Shown: piece by piece, positions 9,336-18,873 of the stretch
How positions within the stretch are numbered: position 1 is the stretch's first letter
Layout of the letters: the number at the start of each line of letters is the position of its first letter
Virus record (IMG/VR): IMGVR_UViG_3300011339_000336
Span: 1 to 43,762 of that record
Reading direction: 5' to 3' (one strand)
Source of the DNA: a virus
Lineage: Duplodnaviria; Caudoviricetes
Length of the DNA: 43,762 bases
The notes under the pieces: model-generated
The model's database searches: none
Seen by the model: only the letters and a program-made list of their open reading frames with translations
Told to the model about the DNA's origin: nothing
Position numbers and translations under genes: made by a program

Positions 9336-10216
9336 ATAGCTGTCCTTTTCCAAATATTATTTATTTGCATAACTTGTCTATAGTCAAGAGTTAACTCTTC
9401 ACCAAGATCACCACCTACCATACCATGTATATCTCTATTTGCTACTAAGAACATATCTTTAAGTTCGTTCTTAATTGCTATGCAATTAGCATCTTTAGAA
9501 TGATTGACTAAGTATCCAGCAGGAGTTCTATAGCCCTTTAATCGCATAGGGGCTATAACTGTACCCTGTTTAATTTCAGCAGTACTGAATATACCTTTAC
9601 CTTGGATTGGGGAGTTGCTAGTTGTAATGCTATAACTCCCTTCAGGAAAAGGGATGCAATCACTTCTATCTTTGGATACTAACTCTACGTCTTCTAAAGT
9701 CCAACCAGACTCTTCTAGCATTAGTAAAAAATCTTTTCGATCTTCTTCATGCTTAGGATATTTTGCAAGCAATTTTTGTTCTTGATGTTCTTTAAAAACA
9801 TCTGGAGCTTTAAACAATGTAGATTCTAAATACTCTACATCTGTGCTACTAGTAACATATATGTTTTGCCAAACAATATCTTCCAAAGTATAACCTACTT
9901 TACTTCCAGCTTTAGCCACAAACATATGTGGGGCAACTAAAGTAATCATCTGTCCATCACCATCAACAACGCAAATGCTTCCTTTAAGAAGCACGTTCAT
10001 ATGTTCAGAAAGATGTTCTTGACCAACTATCAAAGTGTTCTTTGGGTAGTGGGCTTCTCTAATATAAAGTCCTCCACCAAATCTATGAACAACTGAGTTG
10101 GAAGCTTGTTCTTCAGATAACATAGCTTTAGCTAAAGCTAACTTGCTATCTGCATTACCAATGTTAAATCCTGTTGTGTTTACAACAGAATTAATAGATT
10201 GTTCAAGCTGGTTCAT
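9305..10216 (-). CDS. Cupin-like + SET-domain fusion (putative lysine methyltransferase)
   Basis: N-terminal HRFGGGLYIRE..GQEHLSEH cupin-like segment; C-terminal SET motifs SPIQGKGIF, VNHS..NC, GEELTLDY. Confidence 0.8.
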   Translation of the reverse strand: MNQLEQSINSVVNTTGFNIGNADSKLALAKAMLSEEQASNSVVHRFGGGLYIREAHYPKNTLIVGQEHLSEHMNVLLKGSICVVDGDGQMITLVAPHMFVAKAGSKVGYTLEDIVWQNIYVTSSTDVEYLESTLFKAPDVFKEHQEQKLLAKYPKHEEDRKDFLLMLEESGWTLEDVELVSKDRSDCIPFPEGSYSITTSNSPIQGKGIFSTAEIKQGTVIAPMRLKGYRTPAGYLVNHSKDANCIAIKNELKDMFLVANRDIHGMVGGDLGEELTLDYRQVMQINNIWKRTAICQQQQQPQL

Positions 10217-10221
10217 TGTAG

Positions 10222-11691
10222 TTACGTTCTATAACGACCACCACCCACCGCTTGCTCTTGATCCATCTCACCTATTCTAAAATCTATTTCAGCACCATCT
10301 AAACGAAGAGGCACGTTACTAGTACAAAGAAATTCCCAAGCTCTACGACGATCAGAACCACTAAGATAAATTTGTGCTCTAGGAGCATTTAAATCTACAG
10401 ACCTATAACTTGACCAATTATTATAGTCATCTCCTGTATGGCGTATTTGCAGTATTCCTGCTGTTTTATCTGCAATAATTTCTAATCTTCCAAAAAACTT
10501 ACGTTTAGTACTTCCATTATCAGAAATATCTGTAACAGTACGACAATAAATAGATTGTCCATTGTCTTGATATGTGCTTACATCAAAGTAGTACAATGTA
10601 GCTGTATCATCATCTAGGGTGTACGCAATATTATTAAGTGACGTAAAAAATGCAGGACGAAAATAAGACTCTTGGTAAGTACCTGGATTAGGTTGATTAC
10701 TAGACTGCATGGAGTATTGGGTCCATGTGTACCACATCTTTTCATTTAAATCATAAACTAAAGTCTTTTGAGTATCATACAAAGTTAAGATGTACAAAGT
10801 ATGTCCATCAATAGTATAACAATATGCAGTAACTTGGCTAAAATCATCTGCTTCTAAATGTCTATCTACACTTGACGTAGATACTTTTATAGCAGAAACA
10901 CCATCCATAAGGTATACACAACGACTATTAGTTTTACTAGAACCAACCCACAGTACAGTGTTACTAGTAGCAACAATACTATCTCCAGAAATACAACCTA
11001 CTTCAGCAGTATAACTTGCAGCCAAAGCTAATGGAGAACCAGTAGCATTAGCAGCATCATAAAAAAACTGAATACTAAAAGAACCAAAAGCTACAAGGTA
11101 GTTAAGATGTTTAGTAATGCCAACTAAAGTATCTGTAGTTTGTTCAAAACTAATATAATTTAAAGCATTCCAAGTTGTAGGATCACCAACATTAGAGTTA
11201 TAAATACGATTATTAGTTGTAGCTATAAACAAGTAGTTATCTAAAAATACAGTTCCTGAAACATAGGGAGTTGTAGGAAACGCGGTCATAGCTATAAATG
11301 TACCAGCTTGATTTAGCAAATATCCAGTAACTTTATTATGAAAGAATAAATATGTATCTAAAAATGTTTTAGTAAAATAACTTTGATTAGTAGAAGAAGA
11401 AGTAGTTCCTAACACTGTAGTTGTGTAAGAAGAATTAGGGTCAATTTGATATACAGTATTATTAATAACAACAACAAGTTTATTGTTAAACGACACAAGA
11501 CCTTGACTAGGTGTATATGCAGGAGGAGTTATAGGTGTAACTTGTACAGCAGACACAAGTCCTGGACGTTTAACAAACTCTCGTTTTTGATCTCTAGATT
11601 CAAAAAAACAATTAGAAGAATAAGAATCTTTAGCAAAACTACCAGTTCTGCTTTCTATTGGTTGGGTAATAGGTAGACGTTCAGTAACCAT
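10222..11691 (-). CDS. Packaged-DNA stabilization/tail hub protein (P22 gp10-like)
   Basis: 489 aa beta-rich; KRPGL near the N-terminus, FLDNY, HTLYIL..TLVYD..W, LSGSDRRRAWEF C-terminal pattern. Confidence 0.8.
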   Translation of the reverse strand: MVTERLPITQPIESRTGSFAKDSYSSNCFFESRDQKREFVKRPGLVSAVQVTPITPPAYTPSQGLVSFNNKLVVVINNTVYQIDPNSSYTTTVLGTTSSSTNQSYFTKTFLDTYLFFHNKVTGYLLNQAGTFIAMTAFPTTPYVSGTVFLDNYLFIATTNNRIYNSNVGDPTTWNALNYISFEQTTDTLVGITKHLNYLVAFGSFSIQFFYDAANATGSPLALAASYTAEVGCISGDSIVATSNTVLWVGSSKTNSRCVYLMDGVSAIKVSTSSVDRHLEADDFSQVTAYCYTIDGHTLYILTLYDTQKTLVYDLNEKMWYTWTQYSMQSSNQPNPGTYQESYFRPAFFTSLNNIAYTLDDDTATLYYFDVSTYQDNGQSIYCRTVTDISDNGSTKRKFFGRLEIIADKTAGILQIRHTGDDYNNWSSYRSVDLNAPRAQIYLSGSDRRRAWEFLCTSNVPLRLDGAEIDFRIGEMDQEQAVGGGRYRT

Positions 11692-11693
11692 AT

Positions 11694-12458
11694 TTACCTT
11701 GAATAAGAATTGTTACTATAAGAACGAAAGTCTGGTTGAAAAAATGTGCTAGACGCTTCAACATCCCAGTCAGTAAGAAGAGCTTTATATGTAGTTGCTC
11801 GTTGAGCAATCTCTTGTCTAGAATTCATAGGAACACCGTACTCAAGAGATAGTTGATCAGCTAAATTCCAAACCAAACAATTCATCCACTCATTAGGAAA
11901 GTCTGGAATGTCAGTAGACAAAGTAACATCATTTAAAGGCATTTGACAAACAAGATGCAACTCAAAATAAGTACTAGAATTAAGATCGGGAGTTAAGTAC
12001 ACATACAAAATACCGTTAAGATTTCTAACATCATAAAAAATAGTGTTAGTTGTACCAGTAGAAAACTTAGATCCTAAGACGTTGTATTCTTGTTTAGATA
12101 TTAACAATACAGGAATATCAACGTAGGGAGTTGTTTGAATATTACGATAGAACCCCTGAATAGCTTTAAGAGGTTTGTCTGTAATAACTACAGTAGGATC
12201 TAAACTATCATACATAGTAGTAGAACTAGCGCCACCTAAAATATACTTAGTCTGACTGGTTACTAATGGAATAATAAGCTCAGATATTTTCCACAACTTT
12301 AAACCCTCAGTACTAAACTGTTTAATCATAAGATTAAGAGCCATAGCAGCATTGCTAACAGTATCAACATCAGGCGTATCACCAATTTCAAGAACACCTA
12401 ATTTACGAAGTGCTGAAGTAATGATTTGATCTCGTGTAACAGTATATGTAGAACTCAT
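11694..12458 (-). CDS. Head-tail adaptor (P22 gp4-like)
   Basis: IITSALRKLGVL..G..P..ALNLM N-terminus and FPNEW..LVWNLA..L..EYG C-terminus; directly upstream of the gp10-like gene. Confidence 0.75.
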   Translation of the reverse strand: MSSTYTVTRDQIITSALRKLGVLEIGDTPDVDTVSNAAMALNLMIKQFSTEGLKLWKISELIIPLVTSQTKYILGGASSTTMYDSLDPTVVITDKPLKAIQGFYRNIQTTPYVDIPVLLISKQEYNVLGSKFSTGTTNTIFYDVRNLNGILYVYLTPDLNSSTYFELHLVCQMPLNDVTLSTDIPDFPNEWMNCLVWNLADQLSLEYGVPMNSRQEIAQRATTYKALLTDWDVEASSTFFQPDFRSYSNNSYSR

Positions 12459-12466
12459 TTGTTTTC

Positions 12467-12781
12467 CTACTCGGTTATTCTGTAACCGTTGTCAATACCT
12501 GCTTTAGCACATCCTGCTGTAGCATATCCTACTACGGCTTGACTGCTATATACAGTACAAAAAAATATAAATTTATCGGACTGTGATGCCCGAGTCCAAG
12601 GAGGAGCTATCTTGTCTGCTACGCCATGTACAAAGTCTTGTGGTTGTCTAGGTTCCCAATCACCTTTACATACCATAAGCCCATCCCAACGCAACTGTAG
12701 CTCTTTGTCTTTAAATTGCCTACCACATTGGTCACATATGACTGCCCAAGAACCATTGTCATATCTTGGTTTGTAAGACAT
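12467..12781 (-). CDS. Small Cys-motif phage protein
   Basis: ICDQCG..L..RWDGLMVC..DWEPRQPQ. Confidence 0.7.
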   Translation of the reverse strand: MSYKPRYDNGSWAVICDQCGRQFKDKELQLRWDGLMVCKGDWEPRQPQDFVHGVADKIAPPWTRASQSDKFIFFCTVYSSQAVVGYATAGCAKAGIDNGYRITE

Positions 12782-12783
12782 TG

Positions 12784-13017
12784 CTATCCTTTACTAAGCC
12801 AATGGGACAACCATCCAATAACAGAAGATATAGCAGAAATAACTGCCATGCCCATCCAGAACCCACCTTTAGATTGATTAGCAAGAGCTACAAGTTGCTC
12901 TATAGAATTTTCTAGCTTATCAATTTTAATACTCATCTCATCAAACCGGCGTTCATAGTCCTGCACTTTTTGCCAAAGTACACCATACTTTACAGGATCA
13001 ATTTCAACAGCGTTCAT
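12784..13017 (-). CDS. Coiled-coil protein with C-terminal TM helix (XhlA-like architecture)
   Basis: Coiled coil, then ANQSKGGFWMGMAVISAISSVIGW. Confidence 0.65.
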   Translation of the reverse strand: MNAVEIDPVKYGVLWQKVQDYERRFDEMSIKIDKLENSIEQLVALANQSKGGFWMGMAVISAISSVIGWLSHWLSKG

Positions 13018-13020
13018 AGG

Positions 13021-13299
13021 TTATGTCTTTGGGTATTTATCTTTAACTATTTGGATAGATGCTTTCCACGCATCAATGCCCCCGTGATAAAGCAAATCAA
13101 ATTGATCTGCAAAAGACGGATACTCAGCAGCACGTTTCTGTGCATAAGTTTTTGCAGCTTCAAGAGAAGCCTCGTACTCAGCGTGCATTGAGGCAAACTC
13201 TGCTTCTGTAATTTGTACAGAACCAGCAGGCAAATAAGACTCGTGTTCTGTAGAGTCTAACCAATGCAGTTTGTTTTGTAGATCTTTGTAATGTGGCAT
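13021..13299 (-). CDS. Tail fibre assembly chaperone
   Basis: YAQKRAAEYPSFADQFDLLYH..W...I..VKDKYPK; follows a fibre gene. Confidence 0.7.
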   Translation of the reverse strand: MPHYKDLQNKLHWLDSTEHESYLPAGSVQITEAEFASMHAEYEASLEAAKTYAQKRAAEYPSFADQFDLLYHGGIDAWKASIQIVKDKYPKT

Positions 13300-13308
13300 T
13301 TTTAGTCT

Positions 13309-14184
13309 TTAACGAAGTTCATACCAAGCTAATAAACCTGGATTAGAAGAAGAATAACTACCACCAACAGGTACTAAAGCATTACATCCACCATTAGAGG
13401 CACTAGTTACAGATGCTCCATAACCTACACCTAAACCGTTTACCGTAATTGAACCACCGCCTTGTGGCGAAAAAGCAATGCTAACCATAATAGGTTTGCC
13501 TGTAGTGTTGTAGTAGGTGGTGTTATTTGCTCTAGAAGCTGTTAAATCCTGCCATGTCTGGCCTACACTAATTGCTAAATTTGTACTGCTTGACCAAGTT
13601 GTTCCGTCGCTTGTCAAAACATTGGTAGAAGTTCCTGGAGCAACATTTTGCAATGCACTTGTACCATTACCAAGCAGAACATTGTTAGCGGTTATGGTTG
13701 TAAGACCAGTACCTCCGTTAGCTACAGGAAGAGCAGTGCCAGAGTAGCTTATAGCTAGTGTCCCAGTAGTAGTAATCGGGCTACCAGATATGGACAAGAA
13801 TGCAGGAACAGATGCTGCAACAGATGTAACTGTTCCGTTAAACGGATTCCAAGAAGTACCGTTGTACCCCTCAAATAAAGTAGTACTACTGTTAAAACGA
13901 ATATATCCTGTTGCACCTGTGGGGCGTTGTGCAGTTGTTCCAGAAGGAATTAGTGCAGCATCAGTACCACTGATTGCCAAAGATACAGCAGGACTAGCTG
14001 TACCTATGCCTACTTTACCAGTAGAAACAATTAAATTACCACTAGAAATAGTAGGAGAAGTAATTGTAGGAGCAGTAGCTCTTACAGCATTACCTGTTCC
14101 AGTAATAGTGTAAGTTGCTGTGTTTACATCATTTAACCAAGTTGGTTCAATGACTGTCCCATTTATAAAAGTAGTTGTAGTCAT
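13309..14184 (-). CDS. Short tail/head fibre protein
   Basis: Start moved to ATG 14184 (AGGAG SD); VGIGT.SP, P.GTTAQRP, IRFN...FEGYNG.W, QTWQD.T.SR...TTY.N.TGKPI motifs. Confidence 0.75.
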   Translation of the reverse strand: MTTTTFINGTVIEPTWLNDVNTATYTITGTGNAVRATAPTITSPTISSGNLIVSTGKVGIGTASPAVSLAISGTDAALIPSGTTAQRPTGATGYIRFNSSTTLFEGYNGTSWNPFNGTVTSVAASVPAFLSISGSPITTTGTLAISYSGTALPVANGGTGLTTITANNVLLGNGTSALQNVAPGTSTNVLTSDGTTWSSSTNLAISVGQTWQDLTASRANNTTYYNTTGKPIMVSIAFSPQGGGSITVNGLGVGYGASVTSASNGGCNALVPVGGSYSSSNPGLLAWYELR

Positions 14185-14195
14185 AGGTGCTCCTA

Positions 14196-14561
14196 TTAAA
14201 CACCCATAATCACTTCCACAGTAGCGCCTGTTCCAGTAATAGAGGCAACAACAGCACGTACATATCTCCAAGTACTTACTGAAGTAAAACCTTGTGTATC
14301 ACTAGTAGTACCAGTCATACTAAAAGCATTTATAGTAGCCCAATTACTTTTAGTACCATTAAAAGTTTCATCTTGATTTGAACCTTGTATAGTTACTGTA
14401 GCACTTACAGTACCTGTACCAGTAATAATAACTTGAAAAGTACTCCAAGGACTTTCTTTATACAAAGGTGTAGAGTTACCATTACTTGTTGTAGATAACA
14501 CACCACTAAAAGCAAAGTAGCGAGGTTGTTCGCCACTTTTAATTCTTACAACGTCACCCAT
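14196..14561 (-). CDS. Virion structural protein
   Basis: Beta-rich 121 aa; in the morphogenesis block; GGGAG SD. Confidence 0.6.
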   Translation of the reverse strand: MGDVVRIKSGEQPRYFAFSGVLSTTSNGNSTPLYKESPWSTFQVIITGTGTVSATVTIQGSNQDETFNGTKSNWATINAFSMTGTTSDTQGFTSVSTWRYVRAVVASITGTGATVEVIMGV

Positions 14562-14592
14562 ATTAAACTCCCATCTTGCAAAGGTTGTACCT

Positions 14593-14630
14593 ATTAAAGA
14601 TACTAGGAGAAGATTATTCTCCTCCTAGTA
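14593..14630 (-). terminator. Putative intrinsic terminator
   Basis: TACTAGGAG/CTCCTAGTA 9-bp stem followed by TCTTTAAT on the minus strand. Confidence 0.5.
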
Positions 14631-14644
14631 AACTACGTTACATA

Positions 14645-15634
14645 TTAGGCATCAGAACCAATAGCAGGAAGTACAAAACCTGAGTTCATAGTTCCATCTC
14701 CAATATAGAGGTTGTTAAACATTCCATATTGAACAGCATTAGCAGTAACCACAATAGCAGCAGCGGAATCAAGAGCACGGATTGTGTTGTTTATAACAAT
14801 ACCAGAGCCAGTAGTAGCAGTAGTACTAATGAGACAAGCACCAGTTGCAGTATCAGTATTGACGCAATAGACCTTATTGCCTGAAATTAGAGCAGCAGTC
14901 ATTACCAATGCAGCATGACTCAAAAATTGAGACACGTTGTTTTGAGCAACAGTTTGAACAACATAGTTGTCAGTCAATGTCAAACCAGTCATTGTGCCAA
15001 GCACAACAATAGGAGCAACAGATTTAGTTGTAGCATCAGACTTGATAAAACAATTAGATATTTGCAAGAAATCAGCATTGACAGTTACAGTAGTTTTAAC
15101 TACTGACAAGAAACCAAGAATGGCACTTGTATCAGTAAACGAGCAATTGTCAATGGTGAAATACGCAGCAGCACCAACTGTAAAAGCAGAAGTGATACTT
15201 AGGAAGTTGCCAATAAAACGACAATTAAGAACTGATATATTATCGGCAGACACAGCAATGGTAGTTGTTGCTGCTGTACCAAGGGTAAATGTTGGACGTT
15301 TAGTACCAGCACCCAAACCAACAATTGCTACACCAGCAACGTCAAAGGCCAAAGCAGTAGCACTAGAAATAGTTTCAGCGTGACCTGGTTTAATAAAAAT
15401 AATGTCTCCACGATTAGCAGTACAGCTAGTAATAGCGTACTCAAGAGTGCTAAAAGGAGCATTGAAAGTACCTGGGTTACCATCAGAACCACCAATTTGC
15501 CCAGGCAAAGTTGGGGTAGCATTAGACACCCAGTACACCTGACCAGGATGGGACTGAGTGATTGGAACACCACGGATAGTTACATTGTTAAAACCACCGG
15601 GATAATTAGACGCAGCAGATTGGGGCAAAGCCAT
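14645..15634 (-). CDS. Virion structural protein, beta-helix-like
   Basis: SDGNPGT..APFSTL..AI..C.ANRGD.I.IKPGHAE N-terminal motif, then Asn-ladder-type repeats. Confidence 0.65.
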   Translation of the reverse strand: MALPQSAASNYPGGFNNVTIRGVPITQSHPGQVYWVSNATPTLPGQIGGSDGNPGTFNAPFSTLEYAITSCTANRGDIIFIKPGHAETISSATALAFDVAGVAIVGLGAGTKRPTFTLGTAATTTIAVSADNISVLNCRFIGNFLSITSAFTVGAAAYFTIDNCSFTDTSAILGFLSVVKTTVTVNADFLQISNCFIKSDATTKSVAPIVVLGTMTGLTLTDNYVVQTVAQNNVSQFLSHAALVMTAALISGNKVYCVNTDTATGACLISTTATTGSGIVINNTIRALDSAAAIVVTANAVQYGMFNNLYIGDGTMNSGFVLPAIGSDA

Positions 15635-15641
15635 TTTAAAA

Positions 15642-15723
15642 CTCCTAGATTGACATAAGTGTTACACAAACAACACTATCTATTAGATAGCGTCATCATC
15701 AGGATTAGCACAAACATTGTGCT
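15642..15723 (-). promoter_or_regulatory. Structured 5' leader that can sequester the SD of gene 14645..15634
   Basis: UCCUGAUGAU can pair with GUCAAUCUAGGA (includes AGGA of the SD); encloses hairpin GACGCUAUCU/AGAUAGUGUU; upstream hairpin AGCACAA/UUGUGCU. Confidence 0.45.
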
Positions 15724-15737
15724 GAATACATTCTACG

Positions 15738-15878
15738 TTACATTTTCTTTTTGTACATAGTTTTTTTAGCAACCATAGTTTTTTTGGTATCCATCATTTT
15801 TTTAGCTGGAGCCATTTTAGACATAGGTGCTTTGGGTTCAGGTTTCTGACCCATTTCTTTTCTTTTTTCGTATCCCAT
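15738..15878 (-). CDS. Small Met/Lys-rich protein (46 aa, not in ORF track)
   Basis: AAGGAG SD; MGYEKRKEMGQKPEPKAPMSKMAPAKKMMDTKKTMVAKKTMYKKKM. Confidence 0.7.
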   Translation of the reverse strand: MGYEKRKEMGQKPEPKAPMSKMAPAKKMMDTKKTMVAKKTMYKKKM

Positions 15879-15892
15879 AATTTACTCCTTAA

Positions 15893-15923
15893 TAAAAAGA
15901 ACCCCCTCTTTTTAGGGAGGGGG
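15893..15923 (-). terminator. Intrinsic terminator after major capsid gene
   Basis: CCCCCTC/GAGGGGG stem followed by TTCTTTTTA. Confidence 0.7.
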
Positions 15924-15941
15924 AATTGTTACTAATAACAA

Positions 15942-16862
15942 TTAAGGACCGTTAGAACCATAGACAGCACGAGGATCAGACCAACCGAACGAATAACGCT
16001 CATAGCCTTTGGCTTTAGCATTCATCGTATCAAAGTCATTGTCTTGATCAAACATGATGGCATGACGCTCATAATACTTCATACCAGTACCACCAGGGAT
16101 GGTGTTACGGATAAACCAAGCATGAGGACTTGAGAAGTAATGGTTACATTTAAAACCACCTGGCAGATAGTTGCCAGACTTAATGACGTTGATGTCATTG
16201 TTGGCATTACCTGTTTGGTAAGTAGAACCGAGGATACGTTGAGCGTTGAACAGTTCTTGACGAGCAATGTGCAAAGTGTTTGGTTGAATAGCGACCAACA
16301 AACCACGGTCATTTTGCAGACCCATGATTGCAATCACTGCATCTTCCAAAGCAGCTTCAGACAAATCTACATCAACTGTTGGCTTGTTACTCCATGTACC
16401 ACCTGTTGTATTTGGGTGGTCGGTAGCGCAAAGAGCTTTACCATCACCACCTAAATATGTGCTTGAAAAAGCACGGTTGTAAACATTAGCAGCTATGTTT
16501 TCTTTCGTTTGACGGAAAGACATAGCCAAAGCTGCGGAGCGTTGTTTGGAGATTTGCTCATAGAGGTTATCGTCCATTTCTTCTTTAGTTACGATGTAAC
16601 CCATTGCATACGCAACGTGCGTATAGCGAGTTACGTAACCTTGAACTTCAGAATCATACTGAACGCCAGAGCCTTGTGACTTAACTGGTACAAGACCAAA
16701 TCCAGTCAGTTGGACATCTTCTTCATAGTTTTGAGTTGAAGTATCTTTGTCAAACAAATCCACATACTCTTCAGGATGCTCATTGTAAGTTTGTCCCCAC
16801 CAAGCTTTAATGCCAGGCCATAGTGCCTTGGGATGGGAACTGGTTGTGATAATTCCAGCCAT
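15942..16862 (-). CDS. Major capsid protein
   Basis: 306 aa; LWPGI, YEED..LTGFG..PVK..G..V.YD, RYTH..YA.G...T.E...DNLY, ERYSFGWSDPR; AGGAG SD; follows scaffold and decoration genes. Confidence 0.9.
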   Translation of the reverse strand: MAGIITTSSHPKALWPGIKAWWGQTYNEHPEEYVDLFDKDTSTQNYEEDVQLTGFGLVPVKSQGSGVQYDSEVQGYVTRYTHVAYAMGYIVTKEEMDDNLYEQISKQRSAALAMSFRQTKENIAANVYNRAFSSTYLGGDGKALCATDHPNTTGGTWSNKPTVDVDLSEAALEDAVIAIMGLQNDRGLLVAIQPNTLHIARQELFNAQRILGSTYQTGNANNDINVIKSGNYLPGGFKCNHYFSSPHAWFIRNTIPGGTGMKYYERHAIMFDQDNDFDTMNAKAKGYERYSFGWSDPRAVYGSNGP

Positions 16863-16877
16863 AATCTATTCTCCTAT

Positions 16878-17483
16878 TTAGATGACAGCAGTGCCAGTAC
16901 CGGCGCTGTAGACATGATTGTTAATACGAACCAACAGCTTTGCATAAGCACTAGCAGGAGTGTTATCTACACGTTGGACAAAACCTAAAAGTTTCAAGTT
17001 GGCGGTGGTGCTATCTGTAAGAGTAGCAGCAGTCGTTGTACCTGAATCACTATAGTCAGTAGCACCAGCAGCAATCAAGAAATTGGTATTGCGACCAATG
17101 TCAACAAGAGCAGTAGGAGTAGTTTGACCATCTTGAATTTCAAAAACAATGTTTGCATCATCAGCAACCAAAGCATATTGAACAGCAGTAGCACTTGCTT
17201 GAATACTACGAATAGTCAAATCAATGTTAGTAGCAACCAAGCTAACTCCAGGAGGAGCAACAAGGAAACCAACTACAACACCAATGATTGCAGAACCAGC
17301 AACACCAATAGAAATACCAGCAAGACCATTGACATCAGCACTACCACTCAAGGTAACAGGATCACCAATGTACAAGTCAGCACTATTAACGGGAACAGAG
17401 TACAACCGAGCTTGCCCTGTAAAAGGTGCTCCGTTGAGATAACTGACGGGTTTTAAACCACCAGGACGATTTGCATTTGCCAT
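16878..17483 (-). CDS. Capsid decoration/cement protein
   Basis: MAN.NRP.GLKPV, IGDPV, IIGVVVG, V.INNH motifs; immediately upstream of the capsid gene. Confidence 0.7.
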   Translation of the reverse strand: MANANRPGGLKPVSYLNGAPFTGQARLYSVPVNSADLYIGDPVTLSGSADVNGLAGISIGVAGSAIIGVVVGFLVAPPGVSLVATNIDLTIRSIQASATAVQYALVADDANIVFEIQDGQTTPTALVDIGRNTNFLIAAGATDYSDSGTTTAATLTDSTTANLKLLGFVQRVDNTPASAYAKLLVRINNHVYSAGTGTAVI

Positions 17484-17500
17484 AAAAACCTCCAGATAAA

Positions 17501-18007
17501 TTAAGTGAGTTTGATTCCGTCACGAGGAACATAAAAGCCTTGGTTATCACCAGTGACTTTACCGTTACGTATAGCGGCATCAATACGGTTATTTTTTACT
17601 TGAAATTCGGCTTGATCTTCCTCGTACCATTCTTGCCGTATTTTCATTAGATATCCAAATTGCTCAGTGCCTTCAGCACGAGGGTTTACAAGATACCTAA
17701 TTCTTTCTCCGAGGTCGCCATTACGACTAACCACGTTCTCACTTACTCCACCTACCTCTGTAGGAGTTACAAACTCATAGCCCCCATCTAGGGCTTCTTG
17801 AACACGACTTCCAGTATCGGTAAAGATATGAAGGTGGTATCCATCAATTTGCTGTCTTACACCAAGTTTAGCTTCTGTGCCATTAAATACATTACGGCGT
17901 TTTCGTACTGTACCATCATTTGCAAGTGCTGGTGCAGCTTTCTTTTCTAGTATAGCATCTTGTCGTGCAACTTTTTCGTCATAGGTTAGGGCGCGTGGCA
18001 TATTCAT
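17501..18007 (-). CDS. Head-module protein of unknown function
   Basis: DGYHLH..D..RV..A..GGYEFV, YLMKIRQEWYEEDQ; sits between scaffold and decoration genes. Confidence 0.65.
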   Translation of the reverse strand: MNMPRALTYDEKVARQDAILEKKAAPALANDGTVRKRRNVFNGTEAKLGVRQQIDGYHLHIFTDTGSRVQEALDGGYEFVTPTEVGGVSENVVSRNGDLGERIRYLVNPRAEGTEQFGYLMKIRQEWYEEDQAEFQVKNNRIDAAIRNGKVTGDNQGFYVPRDGIKLT

Positions 18008-18025
18008 TCCTTTAGGTTAGTAAAT

Positions 18026-18853
18026 TTAGTTCCAATCAAAGTCTGCAACATATTGTTCTTTGGTCATAAGCTTTTGCTTTACAAACCGATCACAAGCAGC
18101 TTTGGCATCAGCGGGTAGGTTATCGTAAGACTGGGCGTTACCGCCACCTCTACTTTGACGACCTGAACCTGACTCTACCCGGCTACCGGGAGTTGTTCTT
18201 TTTTTACCAAATTTATCGGGGAACTCTTCTGCCAATACCTCATCTAGCTTATCAAGAAAAGGTTGTCCTTTAAGACTAGGGAATTCTAGTCGAATATTTT
18301 CTCCCAAACCATTAGCAATACTTGTTAGACGACGATCTTGTCCAAACCAAACATTTTTATCTAACCACATTTGCAGATTAGGATCTACAGATTCCGGTGC
18401 TTGTGCTGGTTCTGGAGCAATAACAACATCTTTAGCTGCTTGTTTTGCTTCTTTTAGATCTTCTTTGGCTACATCCAAAGCCTCATCTAAAACATTAACT
18501 CGTTGCCCATCTCCATCACTAATGGCTTGAGCACGACTTTCTTTAATGTCTCGAATACGTTGTTCGTAGTCAGAGGCTTTACGTTCATAAGCTTCTTGTT
18601 GAAACTTTTTAAACTCTTCAGCAGCTTGTCGAAACTCTTTGAGTTGTTCTTTTGTTTGATTCAAATCTTTAATAAGATTCTCATTATTCTTTCGTAGAAT
18701 AGGAAGAATCTCTCGACCACGTTTAACAAACATATCAGCATCAACCCAATCAGATTCGTTACCACGAAATCTTTCTTTGGGAACCCACCCTTGAGATTCA
18801 GCTTCTTGCAAAACTTCTGGGGCTATAGAACTTGGTTCGTTTTCATCACTCAT
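18026..18853 (-). CDS. Capsid scaffolding protein
   Basis: GW.P...F.G....WVDA..F, coiled coil, W...N.WFG.D, LP..AK..C..F......TKEQY; position between portal and capsid. Confidence 0.75.
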   Translation of the reverse strand: MSDENEPSSIAPEVLQEAESQGWVPKERFRGNESDWVDADMFVKRGREILPILRKNNENLIKDLNQTKEQLKEFRQAAEEFKKFQQEAYERKASDYEQRIRDIKESRAQAISDGDGQRVNVLDEALDVAKEDLKEAKQAAKDVVIAPEPAQAPESVDPNLQMWLDKNVWFGQDRRLTSIANGLGENIRLEFPSLKGQPFLDKLDEVLAEEFPDKFGKKRTTPGSRVESGSGRQSRGGGNAQSYDNLPADAKAACDRFVKQKLMTKEQYVADFDWN

Positions 18854-18873
18854 ATCTTACTCCTGTACTAGGT

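Noticed and set aside
14185-14271. Cys-rich N-terminal extension (MEICTCCCCLYY) of ORF 13309..14271
   Set aside because: Overlaps the upstream gene in another frame; ATG 14184 has a clear AGGAG SD.
15672-15704. Hammerhead ribozyme on the minus strand (CUGAUGA + hairpin)
   Set aside because: No GAAA after the stem; better explained as an SD-pairing leader.
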